DNA from: Pseudomonadota bacterium
GTDB lineage: Bacteria > Pseudomonadota > Alphaproteobacteria > UBA8366 > GCA-2717185
Length of the DNA: 45,020 nt
Assembly: GCA_027619655.1 (NCBI GenBank)
Contig: JAQCHR010000001.1
Location: 1-45,020, forward strand
Direction of reading: 5' to 3'
Every line of letters begins with the position of its first letter. Positions within the stretch are counted from its first letter, which is position 1. The notes under the pieces were generated by a model. It was given only the letters and a program-made list of their open reading frames with translations, had not been told where the DNA came from and did no database searches. The position numbers and the translations under genes are program-made. Below are positions 1 through 10,525 of the stretch, in pieces.

Positions 1-1
1 G

Positions 2-613
2 GCCGAGGATGACGAGGCCGAGGATGACGATTCGGACGACGAAGATACCTACAGGCGGCCGCCGCCGATTCCATCCGAAGAAGAGATTGCCCGCTTCCAG
101 TCGCGGCCCGTCAGGGCCCGGTCCCTGCTGCCCTGGTGTATTGCGCTCTTTTTCACAATCGTCGCGCTGGTGGGCAGCAGCATTTATTTCAGCAAGGCCA
201 TCGTGTCCGCCTATCCGGCTGCGAACAAGTTGTTCAGCCTGATCGGCCTTCCGGTCAATACGCTTGGCTACGGGTTGGAAATCGCCAAACCGACAACGTC
301 CCAGCGCGAAGAAGGCAATGATCGGATCATTATCGTTTCCGGCGAGATCAACAACACGACCGGCCACGTTATCGACATACCGTTATTGCGCGGCGAGTTG
401 AAAAATTCGCAGGGCAAAACGCTGTTTATCTGGTCATTCAAGGCGAAGGAGCCGCGCGTGCTGGCGGGTGAGAAAAACACCTACGAAACCGAAATCAAGA
501 ATCCGCCGCCGGGCGCCACCGAACTGAATATTTCGTTTACCCGCGAGGAGGAAATCGCCGCGGAACGCGAACAGGCCCGCGAAGCCGCCGCCAAGGCCAG
601 CGAAAAACACTAG
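2..613 (+). CDS. DUF3426-domain membrane protein, C-terminal part (5' end lies upstream of the window; probably an MJ0042-type zinc-ribbon protein)
   Basis: Frame 2 is open from the window edge with no stop before TAG at 611-613. It encodes an acidic/Pro-rich linker (AEDDEAEDDDSDDED..RRPPPIP), one TM helix (SLLPWCIALFFTIVALVGSSIYF), then a ~120-aa domain resembling DUF3426. The track's 170 start is an internal GTG. Confidence 0.7.
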   Translation, partial: AEDDEAEDDDSDDEDTYRRPPPIPSEEEIARFQSRPVRARSLLPWCIALFFTIVALVGSSIYFSKAIVSAYPAANKLFSLIGLPVNTLGYGLEIAKPTTSQREEGNDRIIIVSGEINNTTGHVIDIPLLRGELKNSQGKTLFIWSFKAKEPRVLAGEKNTYETEIKNPPPGATELNISFTREEEIAAEREQAREAAAKASEKH

Positions 614-756
614 ATCGGATCGTGTTCGATTGGAATCGCGACTGGCGATCCAATAAACACATGAATCTGATCTATCTTACTGAAGATATAGCACCTTCAC
701 AGGTTTAACCGTTCAGCCGGCCCCTGCCACAGGGTTCACAAAGCGCTGTAACGTCG

Positions 757-3285
757 TCAGAACTGTTTCAGCAACCGGTCGATATAGTCCCGTTCGATCT
801 GCGGCCGTTCGCGTTCCGATGATCGCTTGCGCAATTCGTCACGAATTTCCCGGGACCGTTGGAGGTCGCTCTTGTCCGGTATCGCCACCTTGTCAGAGCT
901 GGTTCCCTGGGCGCCCTGATTGTGGTCGCGGCCGAACGGGTCGCGGTTATGCGATTGCTGGGTGCCGGGCATCCGGCCGCGCCCGCCGGGCTGCCCCCCC
1001 ATTTGCTGTTGCTGCATCTGTTGCATCTGCTGCATCGCCTGCTGGGTGGCCTGCTGGAGCGCATCCAGCGCCTGGCCCTGCGGATCGACGGCCTCGCCGG
1101 GCTGACCCTGCCGCAGTGCACCGGTCGAACGCCGCATCGCCTGCTCCGCCCGCCCGAAAGCCTGCGGCACGTCACCCGTCATTTCGGCATACTGCTGCAT
1201 GACATTGCCAAGCTGGCGGCGCAGCGCCTCCTGGAGGACCGCGCTCGCACCGGATTGTCCCGGGGTATTGCCCGCCTGGGGCTGACCGCCCGGGTTGGGC
1301 TTTCCCTGGCCGCGCTGGCCGTCATTTCCCCGCTCCTGCCGCTGGCCCTGATTGCCCTGTCGCTGCTCCGGCGATTCCTGGCCCTGGCCCTGCCTCGACT
1401 GCCGGAACGTCCGGTCCAGCAGATCCTTCTGGCCCTTGGTCAGCTGCTGCAGGTCGTTCATCATCTTCGATGCACGGCTCTGCTGGCTGTTGCGCTGCGG
1501 CTGCGCAATGCCCGCCCGCATGTTTTCCAGCCGCTTCTGCATTTCGGCCAGCATCTGTTTTGCCGCTTCGCGGGCGCCGCTTTTCGCCATTTCGCGAATC
1601 CGGTCCATCATGTCCTGCAGATCCTGGCGCGTCATTGTGTTCTGCGACGGATCCATTTCCTGCAACTCGCCGCGTTCCGCCTGTTCCTGGAGCTGCTTGG
1701 TCAGTTCGTCCAGATACTTGTCCAGCGCTGCCTGCAATTCCTCGATCAGGCGCTCAATTTCCGCATCCGGCGCCTCGCGCGACAGGGCGTCACGCAGCGC
1801 TTCTTCGGCCCGGCGCAAATCCGTCTCGGCCAGCGTGATGCTGCCGTTTTCAACCCGCAGCGCGGTGTCCCACAGCAGTTGCTGGACAGACGCCAGCGAT
1901 TCGCCCTGCCAGTCCCGCAATATCCGCCGCGCGGCCACATCCAGCCCCATGAACACGACGACATCATTGGCGAAAAGATCCGGCAAAAGCCCGATCCGTT
2001 TCAGCCCCTGGGCGACCGCTTCGTGGTGCGCGTCCGGGTCTTCCGACAGCTTTTTCCGTTCCGCGATGATCTGGCGGGCAACGGGGTGGTTGAAGATACG
2101 CTCGGGCAGCTTGAATTCGACGGCATCGCTTGTGCCTTTCTGGCCGATGGCGTCCGTCGCGACCAGGGTCAGCCTCACGGCCAGACCGGCCCAGGGATGC
2201 GGCGTCAGGTCGCGAAAATGCTCCGCCTTGATCTCGCGCGGGTTGACGCTCGGCAAGGGAATATCTAGCGATAGAGTCTCGCCCACCTCGTCCGCGCCAC
2301 GCCGGATCACCATTGTCACCTTGTCGATGCCATAATCATCGCTGGCGGTATAGGACAGGTGCAACGCCGCCTGCTGCGACGCCGCCGGCGGTTGCGCCAG
2401 CGCAATTTCGGGGGCGCGGTCCGCCGTGACGGCGATGGTCCAGCTGTCCAGTTTCCGGTCCCGCGATACAATGTCGATAGCCGCGTCCGCCGTTAATTCC
2501 TGCTCGATCCGGTAACTGTCCGCTTCGACCGCCGTAAAATCCGATTGCACCGCGCCGGAAACGAGCTGCGGGACCTTGCCGCCCCCCGTCACCTGCGCCA
2601 GCAGGACGCTGCCGGCGGGCACCGAAACATCGCCGGCCTTGCGGTCGGCGCCGGTCAGGAAGACCGGTGGCCAGCCCGTATAGGCAGGCGGCGTAATCCA
2701 TGCGTCCAGCGTTACAGGTGATGCGGCATCGGAAAATATCGATTCAGGCGTCACGGCGCGCAGCAGATGCGCGGGCGCATTGCCCCCCGCCGCAAACGCG
2801 GACATTACCAGCACCGCGCCGAGAACAATTCTCGTGGCAAACGGGTCACGCCGGATCAGCCTTGGCTGTGGCCAGCCGGCCCGGATTCCCTGCAGCATTT
2901 TCGCCATCCGGGCGCGATGCAGCTGCCACAGCTGCGCCCCCTCGCCATGCGGATCGGGCGTCGCTATTTCATCGTCCAACGCATCGAACGGGCGGTGCGA
3001 CAGGTTGTTGACCTGCTCCAGCCGCCGTTCGGCGGACGGCCCATCGGGTATGCGCAGCGCGCGGATACCGTTCCATAACGCCCACAGAAGCGCACCGGAA
3101 AAAATGAGCAGAAGGCCGCCATGCAGCCAGCCGGGCAGCGTCGGCAAAATGTCGAGAAGCGCGACGAGCAGGAACAGCCCGGCAACCTGTACCGCCGGCC
3201 ACAGGGCAGGCCATGCGCCCCCCCAAAACAGCGCGACGCGGGACAGGGCGATGCGGAACGCCCAGGTTTTACGCCAATCCTTCAT
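757..3285 (-). CDS. TIGR02302 (aProt_lowcomp) / DUF4175-family membrane protein
   Basis: 842-aa ORF with N-terminal TM helices and a long coiled-coil region. The C-terminal half is Gln/Gly-rich low complexity (QQAMQQMQQMQQQQMGGQPGG). Size, architecture and the lysA neighbourhood match my memory of this alphaproteobacteria-restricted family. Confidence 0.8.
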   Translation of the reverse strand: MKDWRKTWAFRIALSRVALFWGGAWPALWPAVQVAGLFLLVALLDILPTLPGWLHGGLLLIFSGALLWALWNGIRALRIPDGPSAERRLEQVNNLSHRPFDALDDEIATPDPHGEGAQLWQLHRARMAKMLQGIRAGWPQPRLIRRDPFATRIVLGAVLVMSAFAAGGNAPAHLLRAVTPESIFSDAASPVTLDAWITPPAYTGWPPVFLTGADRKAGDVSVPAGSVLLAQVTGGGKVPQLVSGAVQSDFTAVEADSYRIEQELTADAAIDIVSRDRKLDSWTIAVTADRAPEIALAQPPAASQQAALHLSYTASDDYGIDKVTMVIRRGADEVGETLSLDIPLPSVNPREIKAEHFRDLTPHPWAGLAVRLTLVATDAIGQKGTSDAVEFKLPERIFNHPVARQIIAERKKLSEDPDAHHEAVAQGLKRIGLLPDLFANDVVVFMGLDVAARRILRDWQGESLASVQQLLWDTALRVENGSITLAETDLRRAEEALRDALSREAPDAEIERLIEELQAALDKYLDELTKQLQEQAERGELQEMDPSQNTMTRQDLQDMMDRIREMAKSGAREAAKQMLAEMQKRLENMRAGIAQPQRNSQQSRASKMMNDLQQLTKGQKDLLDRTFRQSRQGQGQESPEQRQGNQGQRQERGNDGQRGQGKPNPGGQPQAGNTPGQSGASAVLQEALRRQLGNVMQQYAEMTGDVPQAFGRAEQAMRRSTGALRQGQPGEAVDPQGQALDALQQATQQAMQQMQQMQQQQMGGQPGGRGRMPGTQQSHNRDPFGRDHNQGAQGTSSDKVAIPDKSDLQRSREIRDELRKRSSERERPQIERDYIDRLLKQF

Positions 3286-3323
3286 GATACGGCATCCTTC
3301 GATCTAGCGAAGAAGCTGTATTA

Positions 3324-4586
3324 TCACACAGATTGCTGCCACTCCGCCAGTGAGTCGAGCTTCAACAATTCGTCATAACCGGGCCGGCGGCGGACGACGG
3401 CAAACGCATTGCCGTTCACCAGCACCTCCGGCACCAGCAGGCGCGTATTGTAGGTCGATGCCATGACCGCGCCATAGGCACCCGCCGATGCGAAAGCAAG
3501 AAGGTCGTCCGGCCGGACCGCGGGCAGGTCGCGGCCGCGCGCGAAGGTATCGCCGGTTTCGCAGATCGGCCCCACGATATCGGCGGGCGACAATGCGGCA
3601 TCGGGCGCCGGCTGCATCACCGGGTCAACCCGGTGATAGGCCTCGTACAGCGCCGGCCGGATCAGGTCATTCATCGCGGCATCGACGATGACGAAGCGCC
3701 GCGCCTCACCGGTTTTTTCATAGATCACGCTGGTGACCAGAATACCGGAATTGCCGACCAGCGACCGGCCCGGTTCAAAAATCAGCCGGCAGCCCAGGTT
3801 TCCTGCCGTTTCCATGACCATCGCCGCATAGGCGCCTGCCGCCGGCGGTGTCTCGCCATCGTAGCGGATACCCAGGCCGCCGCCGAGGTCGATACTGTCA
3901 ATCGTATTGCCGTCCGCGCGCAGCGCCTGAACCAGTTCGGCAACATTCGTAAACGCCGTCCGCATCGGTGCAAGGTCGGTGAGCTGCGAGCCGATATGCA
4001 CGGCAACGGAAACGGGCCGGATTCCCGGCAGCGCCCGCGCGCGGGCAAAAATATCGCGGGCCCGGCCGATATCGATGCCGAACTTGTTTTCCGCCCGGCC
4101 GGTCGAGATCTTCTCATGGGTTTTCGCATCCACGTCCGGGTTGACCCGGATGCCGATTTCCACCCTCCGGCCCGCGGCCAGTTCACCGATGACCGCCAGT
4201 TCCGGTTCGGATTCGACATTGATGCGGTAAATCCCCCGGTCGAGCGCAAAGGCGAGTTCGCCCCGGGTCTTGCCGACGCCGGAGAACACGATCCGTTCCG
4301 GCGGGATACCGGCGGCCAGCGCGCGGCGCAATTCCCCTTCCGACACCACATCGGCGCCGGAGCCCAGCGCCGCCAGTGTCCGGATAACCGCAAGGTTCGA
4401 ATTCGCTTTGACCGAATAACAGACCATTACGTCCTGCCCGTCGAAGGCCCCGGTAAATTCCAGATACCGGCGGGTCAGCGCCGCGCTGGAATAGCAGTAG
4501 AACGGCGTCCCGACCGCCGCCGCGATTTCGGGGATTGCCACGCCTTCGGCATGCAGGATGCCGTCGCGATAGTCGAATTCAGACAT
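3324..4586 (-). CDS. lysA: diaminopimelate decarboxylase
   Basis: 420 aa, PLP-dependent group IV decarboxylase layout. Motifs seen: YSVKANSN, GGGLGIRY, GPICETGD. Confidence 0.95.
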   Translation of the reverse strand: MSEFDYRDGILHAEGVAIPEIAAAVGTPFYCYSSAALTRRYLEFTGAFDGQDVMVCYSVKANSNLAVIRTLAALGSGADVVSEGELRRALAAGIPPERIVFSGVGKTRGELAFALDRGIYRINVESEPELAVIGELAAGRRVEIGIRVNPDVDAKTHEKISTGRAENKFGIDIGRARDIFARARALPGIRPVSVAVHIGSQLTDLAPMRTAFTNVAELVQALRADGNTIDSIDLGGGLGIRYDGETPPAAGAYAAMVMETAGNLGCRLIFEPGRSLVGNSGILVTSVIYEKTGEARRFVIVDAAMNDLIRPALYEAYHRVDPVMQPAPDAALSPADIVGPICETGDTFARGRDLPAVRPDDLLAFASAGAYGAVMASTYNTRLLVPEVLVNGNAFAVVRRRPGYDELLKLDSLAEWQQSV

Positions 4587-4595
4587 GACGCATCC

Positions 4596-4720
4596 TTACC
4601 GGGGGTATTGCCGGGGAAATTCACTGTCGCGGCTGGGCGGCTTTGGATCGCCCTTCTTGCCGCAGGCGCTCAACGGCATTGCCATCGCAACCGTCAGCAG
4701 GAGGAGAATAACAAGGCGGC

Positions 4721-4724
<4 letters not shown>
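4596..4724 (-). CDS. small lipoprotein (LptM/YifL-like) between argH and lysA
   Basis: 42-aa ORF starting at a GTG that overlaps the argH stop (GTGA). Signal peptide with lipobox LSAC ([30 protein letters not shown]). It ends 9 nt before the lysA ATG, and AAGGA overlaps its stop codon. Too short for the ORF track; it is the C-terminus of the spurious 496-aa ORF. Confidence 0.6.
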
Positions 4725-6118
<1,394 letters not shown>

Positions 6119-6139
6119 GACAGACCGGCAGGGTATTCG

Positions 6140-6694
6140 ATGAAAAAAATTTCGTTCATTACTGCAATCATTCTGGGTTTCGCCGTTGCGGTATCCGGCA
6201 GCGCCCGCAAGGGCATCGCCGCGCCGCCGCAGGACGGCTGGATGGCGCAATTTACCCGCAACGATCCATTACTTCCAGCACCGGAAGTCGAATTCCTGAA
6301 TGCCACCGGCGAAACCGTCTCCCTGGCGTCGTTTCGAGGCAAGGTTCTCCTGGTCAATTTCTGGGCCACATGGTGCGCCCCCTGCATCCGCGAGATGCCC
6401 TCACTGGACCGGTTGAAGGCGGTCATCAAAGAAAGTGATTTCGAAATCCTCGCCATCAGCGAGGACCGCAAGGGCGCGGAAGTCGCCATTCCCTTCCTGA
6501 AGAAACTCGGCATCGAAAATTTCACGACCTATGTCGACACGCGCATGCAACTGGCCCGCGGCTTCCGCCTGATCGGCATGCCGACAACCTATCTGATCGA
6601 CCGCGAAGGCCGGATCGTCGGATCCCTTGCCGGCACGGCGGAATGGGATTCGCCTGAAGCGGTCGCGATGGTGCGGGAACTGTTGGACCGGTAA
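6140..6694 (+). CDS. tlpA: TlpA-like periplasmic thiol:disulfide oxidoreductase (thioredoxin fold)
   Basis: 184 aa with an N-terminal signal/anchor and a WCAPC active site in a TlpA/ResA-type thioredoxin domain. Divergent from argH, as in many alphaproteobacteria. Confidence 0.85.
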   Translation: MKKISFITAIILGFAVAVSGSARKGIAAPPQDGWMAQFTRNDPLLPAPEVEFLNATGETVSLASFRGKVLLVNFWATWCAPCIREMPSLDRLKAVIKESDFEILAISEDRKGAEVAIPFLKKLGIENFTTYVDTRMQLARGFRLIGMPTTYLIDREGRIVGSLAGTAEWDSPEAVAMVRELLDR

Positions 6695-6716
6695 CGAAGC
6701 GTTTCGCCACCGGTTT
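6688..6716 (+). terminator. weak terminator-like hairpin overlapping the tlpA stop
   Basis: CCGGT (6688-6692) / ACCGG (6709-6713), with inner CGAA/TTCG pairs, followed only by TTT. Confidence 0.3.
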
Positions 6717-6816
6717 CCATACCTTGCGGTGTTGGCATGAGCCAGCTTACTATTTTTCCGCGTACATTGCGATGCGCCGAGTAAAAAGTTATGGATCCGC
6801 CTGAAAGGCGAAGCTT

Positions 6817-7752
6817 ATGAAACTGCCGGTATTCCGGACAATCGCGGCGACTTACTCTCTCATCTGGCGACAAAAGAGAGATTTCGCGCTCCTTTCCCTG
6901 CCGATAATTATCGTCTTCAGCATCATTGGTGCGGTTACGAACGCCACCACCTGGGCAAGGTTGGGCAATCCGGCATCGTTGCAGGAATACATCGACGCCA
7001 CGCAAAAAATGCAGCAATTATCGACCCCAGGCTGGTACTTTCTTGCCGGCCTTTTCTGCGGGTTGTTCGGCATAGCCGTTATGATTCTATTCGTTGTCGC
7101 CTGCCATCGGATTTATCTGGCGCCGGGAGAATCCGTTCTTGTGCGTGACGCCTTTCGGTGGCGAAAGCTGCATTGGCGTTACCTGCTGAACGGTATCAAA
7201 TTAATGTTGGTATCGATACCGGTACTCTTTCTGATGAGCGCAATTGTCCTTGGCGCTGCCGGAATCGTCATTGCCATTCTGGCGCGAGCGGGAACCGGCA
7301 TCGTTGATGGCAACGCGCCGCAGCTATCTCAGGGCATTGGCGGCGGAGTCGTCTTTGCACTTTTTGGCCTGCAACTGGCAACCGGAACCATAGCCGGATG
7401 GATACTCGTGCGGTTTTCGCTGGTATTCCCCGCCATTGCCGCGGGATATCCCATGAGTTTTCGGGAAAGCTGGCGATTTTCGGCGAAAAACGGCTGGCGT
7501 CTGCTCTGGATTATCGTCCTCACACCGATGCCGGTCATGTTGTTGGCGTTGCCTGTCACCATCGCGGTTTTCGCGCCATTGTTCGGCTTCGGCTTAGCGG
7601 CATCATTGCCCGTACAACTCGCGGAAAATCTCGTCATGCAGGTACCAGCCCTGCTAAGTTATGCGATTGTCGTTGGCGCCCTCTCGCTATCGTACCGCAG
7701 GATTCTGAAGAGTCGCGGCCAAATGGACGGCGTTGAGGAAACGTTTCGCTAG
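6817..7752 (+). CDS. polytopic membrane protein of unknown function
   Basis: 311-aa ORF with at least 6 strongly hydrophobic helix-length segments. GAAAGG lies upstream of the ATG. GC and GC3 are lower than in the neighbours. I recognise no family. Confidence 0.7.
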   Translation: MKLPVFRTIAATYSLIWRQKRDFALLSLPIIIVFSIIGAVTNATTWARLGNPASLQEYIDATQKMQQLSTPGWYFLAGLFCGLFGIAVMILFVVACHRIYLAPGESVLVRDAFRWRKLHWRYLLNGIKLMLVSIPVLFLMSAIVLGAAGIVIAILARAGTGIVDGNAPQLSQGIGGGVVFALFGLQLATGTIAGWILVRFSLVFPAIAAGYPMSFRESWRFSAKNGWRLLWIIVLTPMPVMLLALPVTIAVFAPLFGFGLAASLPVQLAENLVMQVPALLSYAIVVGALSLSYRRILKSRGQMDGVEETFR

Positions 7753-7777
7753 TCTTGATCGGGGCGAACGCTCTGCT

Positions 7778-8650
7778 TCAGCGCGTCGGAACCGGCGTAT
7801 CTCCGCCGTAATCGTAGAAACCGCGGCCGGATTTGCGGCCGAGCCAGCCGGCTTCGACATATTTCACCAGCAGCGGGCAGGGGCGGTATTTGGAATCCGC
7901 GAGCCCGTCATACAGCACCTGCATGACCGCAAGGCAGGTATCAAGCCCGATGAAATCGGCCAGTTCCAGAGGGCCCATAGGATGATTGGCGCCCAGCTTC
8001 ATCGCCGTGTCGATGGCTTCCACATTACCGACGCCTTCATAGAGCGTATAAACGGCCTCGTTGATCATCGGCAGCAGGATCCGGTTGACGATGAAGGCCG
8101 GGAAATCTTCCGCCGAGGCGACGGTCTTGCCCATCTTCAGCGCCAGGTCGCGAACCGTCTCGTAGGTTTCCTTGTCCGTGCCGAGGCCGCGAGTCAGTTC
8201 CACCAGTTTCATCATCGGCACCGGATTCATGAAATGCATGCCGATGAACCGGCCGGGCCGGTCGGTCGATGCGCCAAGGCGCGTGATGGAGATCGACGAG
8301 GTATTGGACGCGATGATCGCATCGGCGGAAAGATGCGGGATCAGCGTCTTGAAGATTTCCTTCTTGATCGCTTCGTTTTCCGTCGCCGCCTCGATCACGA
8401 TTTCACAATCGCCGAACAGGGCGTAATCGGTGCTGGTGCTGATCCGGCCCAGCGCCGCGGTCCGGTCCGCTTCGCTGACCAGCGAGCGGCGGACCTGACG
8501 GTCCATATTGCGGTCGATTTCGCCTTTTACCGCGTTCAGGGCCGCTTCGTTGACATCGAGGATCCGGACATCGAAACCGGCAAGCGCCGCAACATGCGCG
8601 ATGCCGCTGCCCATCTGTCCGGCGCCGATGATACCAACTGTCTTGATCAT
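7778..8650 (-). CDS. hbd: 3-hydroxybutyryl-CoA / 3-hydroxyacyl-CoA dehydrogenase (NAD-binding)
   Basis: 290 aa with an N-terminal Rossmann motif (IGAGQMGSGIA). Full-length similarity to the Hbd family, and the usual position downstream of etfBA. Confidence 0.9.
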   Translation of the reverse strand: MIKTVGIIGAGQMGSGIAHVAALAGFDVRILDVNEAALNAVKGEIDRNMDRQVRRSLVSEADRTAALGRISTSTDYALFGDCEIVIEAATENEAIKKEIFKTLIPHLSADAIIASNTSSISITRLGASTDRPGRFIGMHFMNPVPMMKLVELTRGLGTDKETYETVRDLALKMGKTVASAEDFPAFIVNRILLPMINEAVYTLYEGVGNVEAIDTAMKLGANHPMGPLELADFIGLDTCLAVMQVLYDGLADSKYRPCPLLVKYVEAGWLGRKSGRGFYDYGGDTPVPTR

Positions 8651-8667
8651 GTTTCGCGTCCTGTCAG

Positions 8668-8683
8668 CGCGGCCGCGGCCGCG
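8668..8683 (-). promoter_or_regulatory. 16-bp perfect GC palindrome in the hbd 5' leader
   Basis: CGCGGCCGCGGCCGCG is its own reverse complement. It lies 18-33 nt upstream of the hbd ATG, just before the AGGA Shine-Dalgarno. Confidence 0.3.
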
Positions 8684-8688
8684 AACGA

Positions 8689-8792
8689 TAAAGCAGATCG
8701 CCGTTAACCTGACGCAATACTTGCGTCAGGTCTAGGGCGTGAATCTGCTTTACTTTATATGGCATTAAAGCAAATTCACATGATTTGCTTTA
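8689..8792 (-). repeat. nested inverted repeats built from four copies of TAAAGCARAT in the etfA-hbd spacer
   Basis: 8689-8698 TAAAGCAGAT pairs perfectly with 8743-8752 ATCTGCTTTA, and CGCC 8699-8702 pairs with GGCG 8736-8739. These enclose a perfect 10-bp hairpin (CCTGACGCAA 8708-8717 / TTGCGTCAGG 8721-8730, 3-nt loop). A second hairpin is TAAAGCAAAT 8766-8775 / ATTTGCTTTA 8783-8792. Alternative pairing: 8739-8752 with 8766-8779 (13/14). Confidence 0.6.
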
Positions 8793-9731
8793 GGCCGTCT
8801 TGTTCAGTTCCGCTTCGAGTTCCGGGATCACGTCGAACAGGTCGCCCACCAGCCCGTAATCGGCCACCTGGAAGATCGGCGCTTCCTCGTCCTTGTTGAT
8901 GGCGACGATTACCTTGCTGTCCTTCATGCCCGCGAGATGCTGGATCGCGCCGGAAATACCGACCGCGATATACAGATCCGGCGCCACGACCTTGCCGGTC
9001 TGGCCGACCTGGTATTCGTTCGGCACGAAGCCCGCATCGACCGCCGCACGCGACGCGCCGACCGCCGCGCCCAGAATGTCCGCGACCTTTTCAAGCATGG
9101 CGAAATTCTCGCCGTTCTGCATGCCGCGCCCGCCGGAAATAACGATCCCGGCAGAGGTCAGTTCAGGCCGTTCGGACTTGCTGATTTCCGCCCGCAGGAA
9201 GCTGGACAGGCCGGCGTCGCCGGTCGCGCCGACCGCCTCGACACCGGCGCTGCCGCCCGTGGCGGCGGCCCCGTCGAAGCCGGTGATGCGCACCGTGATG
9301 ACCTTGGTCGCGTCGGACGACTGCACCGTCGCGATGGCGTTGCCGGCGTAGATCGGGCGTTCAAACGTATCCGGGGCGATGACCGCGGTAATTTCCGACA
9401 CCTGCTGCACATCCAGCAGGGCTGCGACGCGCGGCATCAGGTTCTTGCCGTTGGTCGTAGCCGGCGCCAGGACATGGCTGTAATTCGCCGCCAGGTTGAC
9501 CACCAGCGGGGCCAGGTTTTCCGCCAGCTGATTGGCATATTCGGCGGAATCGGCGCACAGGACCTTGCCGACGCCCGCGATCTGCGCGGCGGCATCCGCC
9601 ACGGCGGCGCAATCGTTTCCGGCGACGAGAATATCCACATCGCCGCCGATTTCAACGGCGGCCGTCACCGCGTTCAGCGTTGCGGGCTTGACGTTCTTGC
9701 CGTCATGCTCGGCGATCACCAGATTGGCCAT
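8790..9731 (-). CDS. etfA: electron transfer flavoprotein subunit alpha
   Basis: 313 aa with the typical EtfA C-terminal FAD-binding region ([30 protein letters not shown]). It starts 2 nt after etfB. Confidence 0.95.
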   Translation of the reverse strand: MANLVIAEHDGKNVKPATLNAVTAAVEIGGDVDILVAGNDCAAVADAAAQIAGVGKVLCADSAEYANQLAENLAPLVVNLAANYSHVLAPATTNGKNLMPRVAALLDVQQVSEITAVIAPDTFERPIYAGNAIATVQSSDATKVITVRITGFDGAAATGGSAGVEAVGATGDAGLSSFLRAEISKSERPELTSAGIVISGGRGMQNGENFAMLEKVADILGAAVGASRAAVDAGFVPNEYQVGQTGKVVAPDLYIAVGISGAIQHLAGMKDSKVIVAINKDEEAPIFQVADYGLVGDLFDVIPELEAELNKTA

Positions 9732-9733
9732 GA

Positions 9734-10483
9734 TCAGATTACCTTCGCTTCGTTACGCAGTTTGCTGACGAGTTCGGCCACATCGGCCACCTTGACGCCT
9801 TCCTTGCGCTTGGCGGGCTCCACGACCTTCAGGACATTCAGCCGGGGCGTGGTATCGAGGCCGATATCGGCCGGGCTCATCGTATCGATGGTCTTTTTCT
9901 TCGCCTTCATGATGTTCGGCAGCGACGCATAGCGCGGCTCATTGAGGCGCAGGTCCGTGGTCACGATCATCGGCAGCTTCACATTGATCGTTTCCAGCCC
10001 GCCGTCGATTTCACGGGTCACATCTGCCGAGCCGTCGCCGACTTCGATCTTCGACGCAAAGGTAGCCTGGCTCCAGCCCAGAAGCGCCGCCAGCATCTGG
10101 CCGGTCTGGTTGCTGTCGTCGTCGATGGCCTGCTTGCCGAGAATAACGATATCGGGGCTTTCCTTTTCGACCACCGCCTTCAGCGCCTTCGCAACTGCGA
10201 GAGGCTCCAGGTTGACATCCGTCAGGACCAGGACACCGCGATCCGCGCCCATTGCCAGGGCGGTGCGGATGGTTTCCTGGCATTGCTGAACGCCAATTGA
10301 AGCAACGATGACTTCGTCTACCGTGCCGGCTTCGCGCAGGCGCAGCGCTTCTTCAACGGCGATTTCATCGAACGGATTCATCGACATTTTCACGTTCGCC
10401 GTCTCAACGCCGGTCCCGTCGGACTTTACCCGGACCTTGACGTTGTAATCGACGACCCGCTTCACGGGGACGAGGATTTTCAT
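9734..10483 (-). CDS. etfB: electron transfer flavoprotein subunit beta
   Basis: 249 aa with the typical EtfB N-terminus ([19 protein letters not shown]). Confidence 0.95.
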   Translation of the reverse strand: MKILVPVKRVVDYNVKVRVKSDGTGVETANVKMSMNPFDEIAVEEALRLREAGTVDEVIVASIGVQQCQETIRTALAMGADRGVLVLTDVNLEPLAVAKALKAVVEKESPDIVILGKQAIDDDSNQTGQMLAALLGWSQATFASKIEVGDGSADVTREIDGGLETINVKLPMIVTTDLRLNEPRYASLPNIMKAKKKTIDTMSPADIGLDTTPRLNVLKVVEPAKRKEGVKVADVAELVSKLRNEAKVI

Positions 10484-10525
10484 CGCTATACTTTCCCTAC
10501 ATTCTTGGCTGAGGCGGGGTCCTGT

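Noticed and set aside
859-2268. Long antisense or alternative-frame ORFs across real genes. Examples: 859-2268 (+), 3633-4940 (+), 4596-6086 (-), 15467-16717 (+), 24050-25639 (+), 34954-36276 (+), 38886-40109 (+).
   Set aside because: Their translations are Arg/Gly/Pro/Ala-rich and motif-less. They lie opposite, or out of frame to, genes with unambiguous family signatures. These are typical stop-poor shadow frames of GC-rich DNA.
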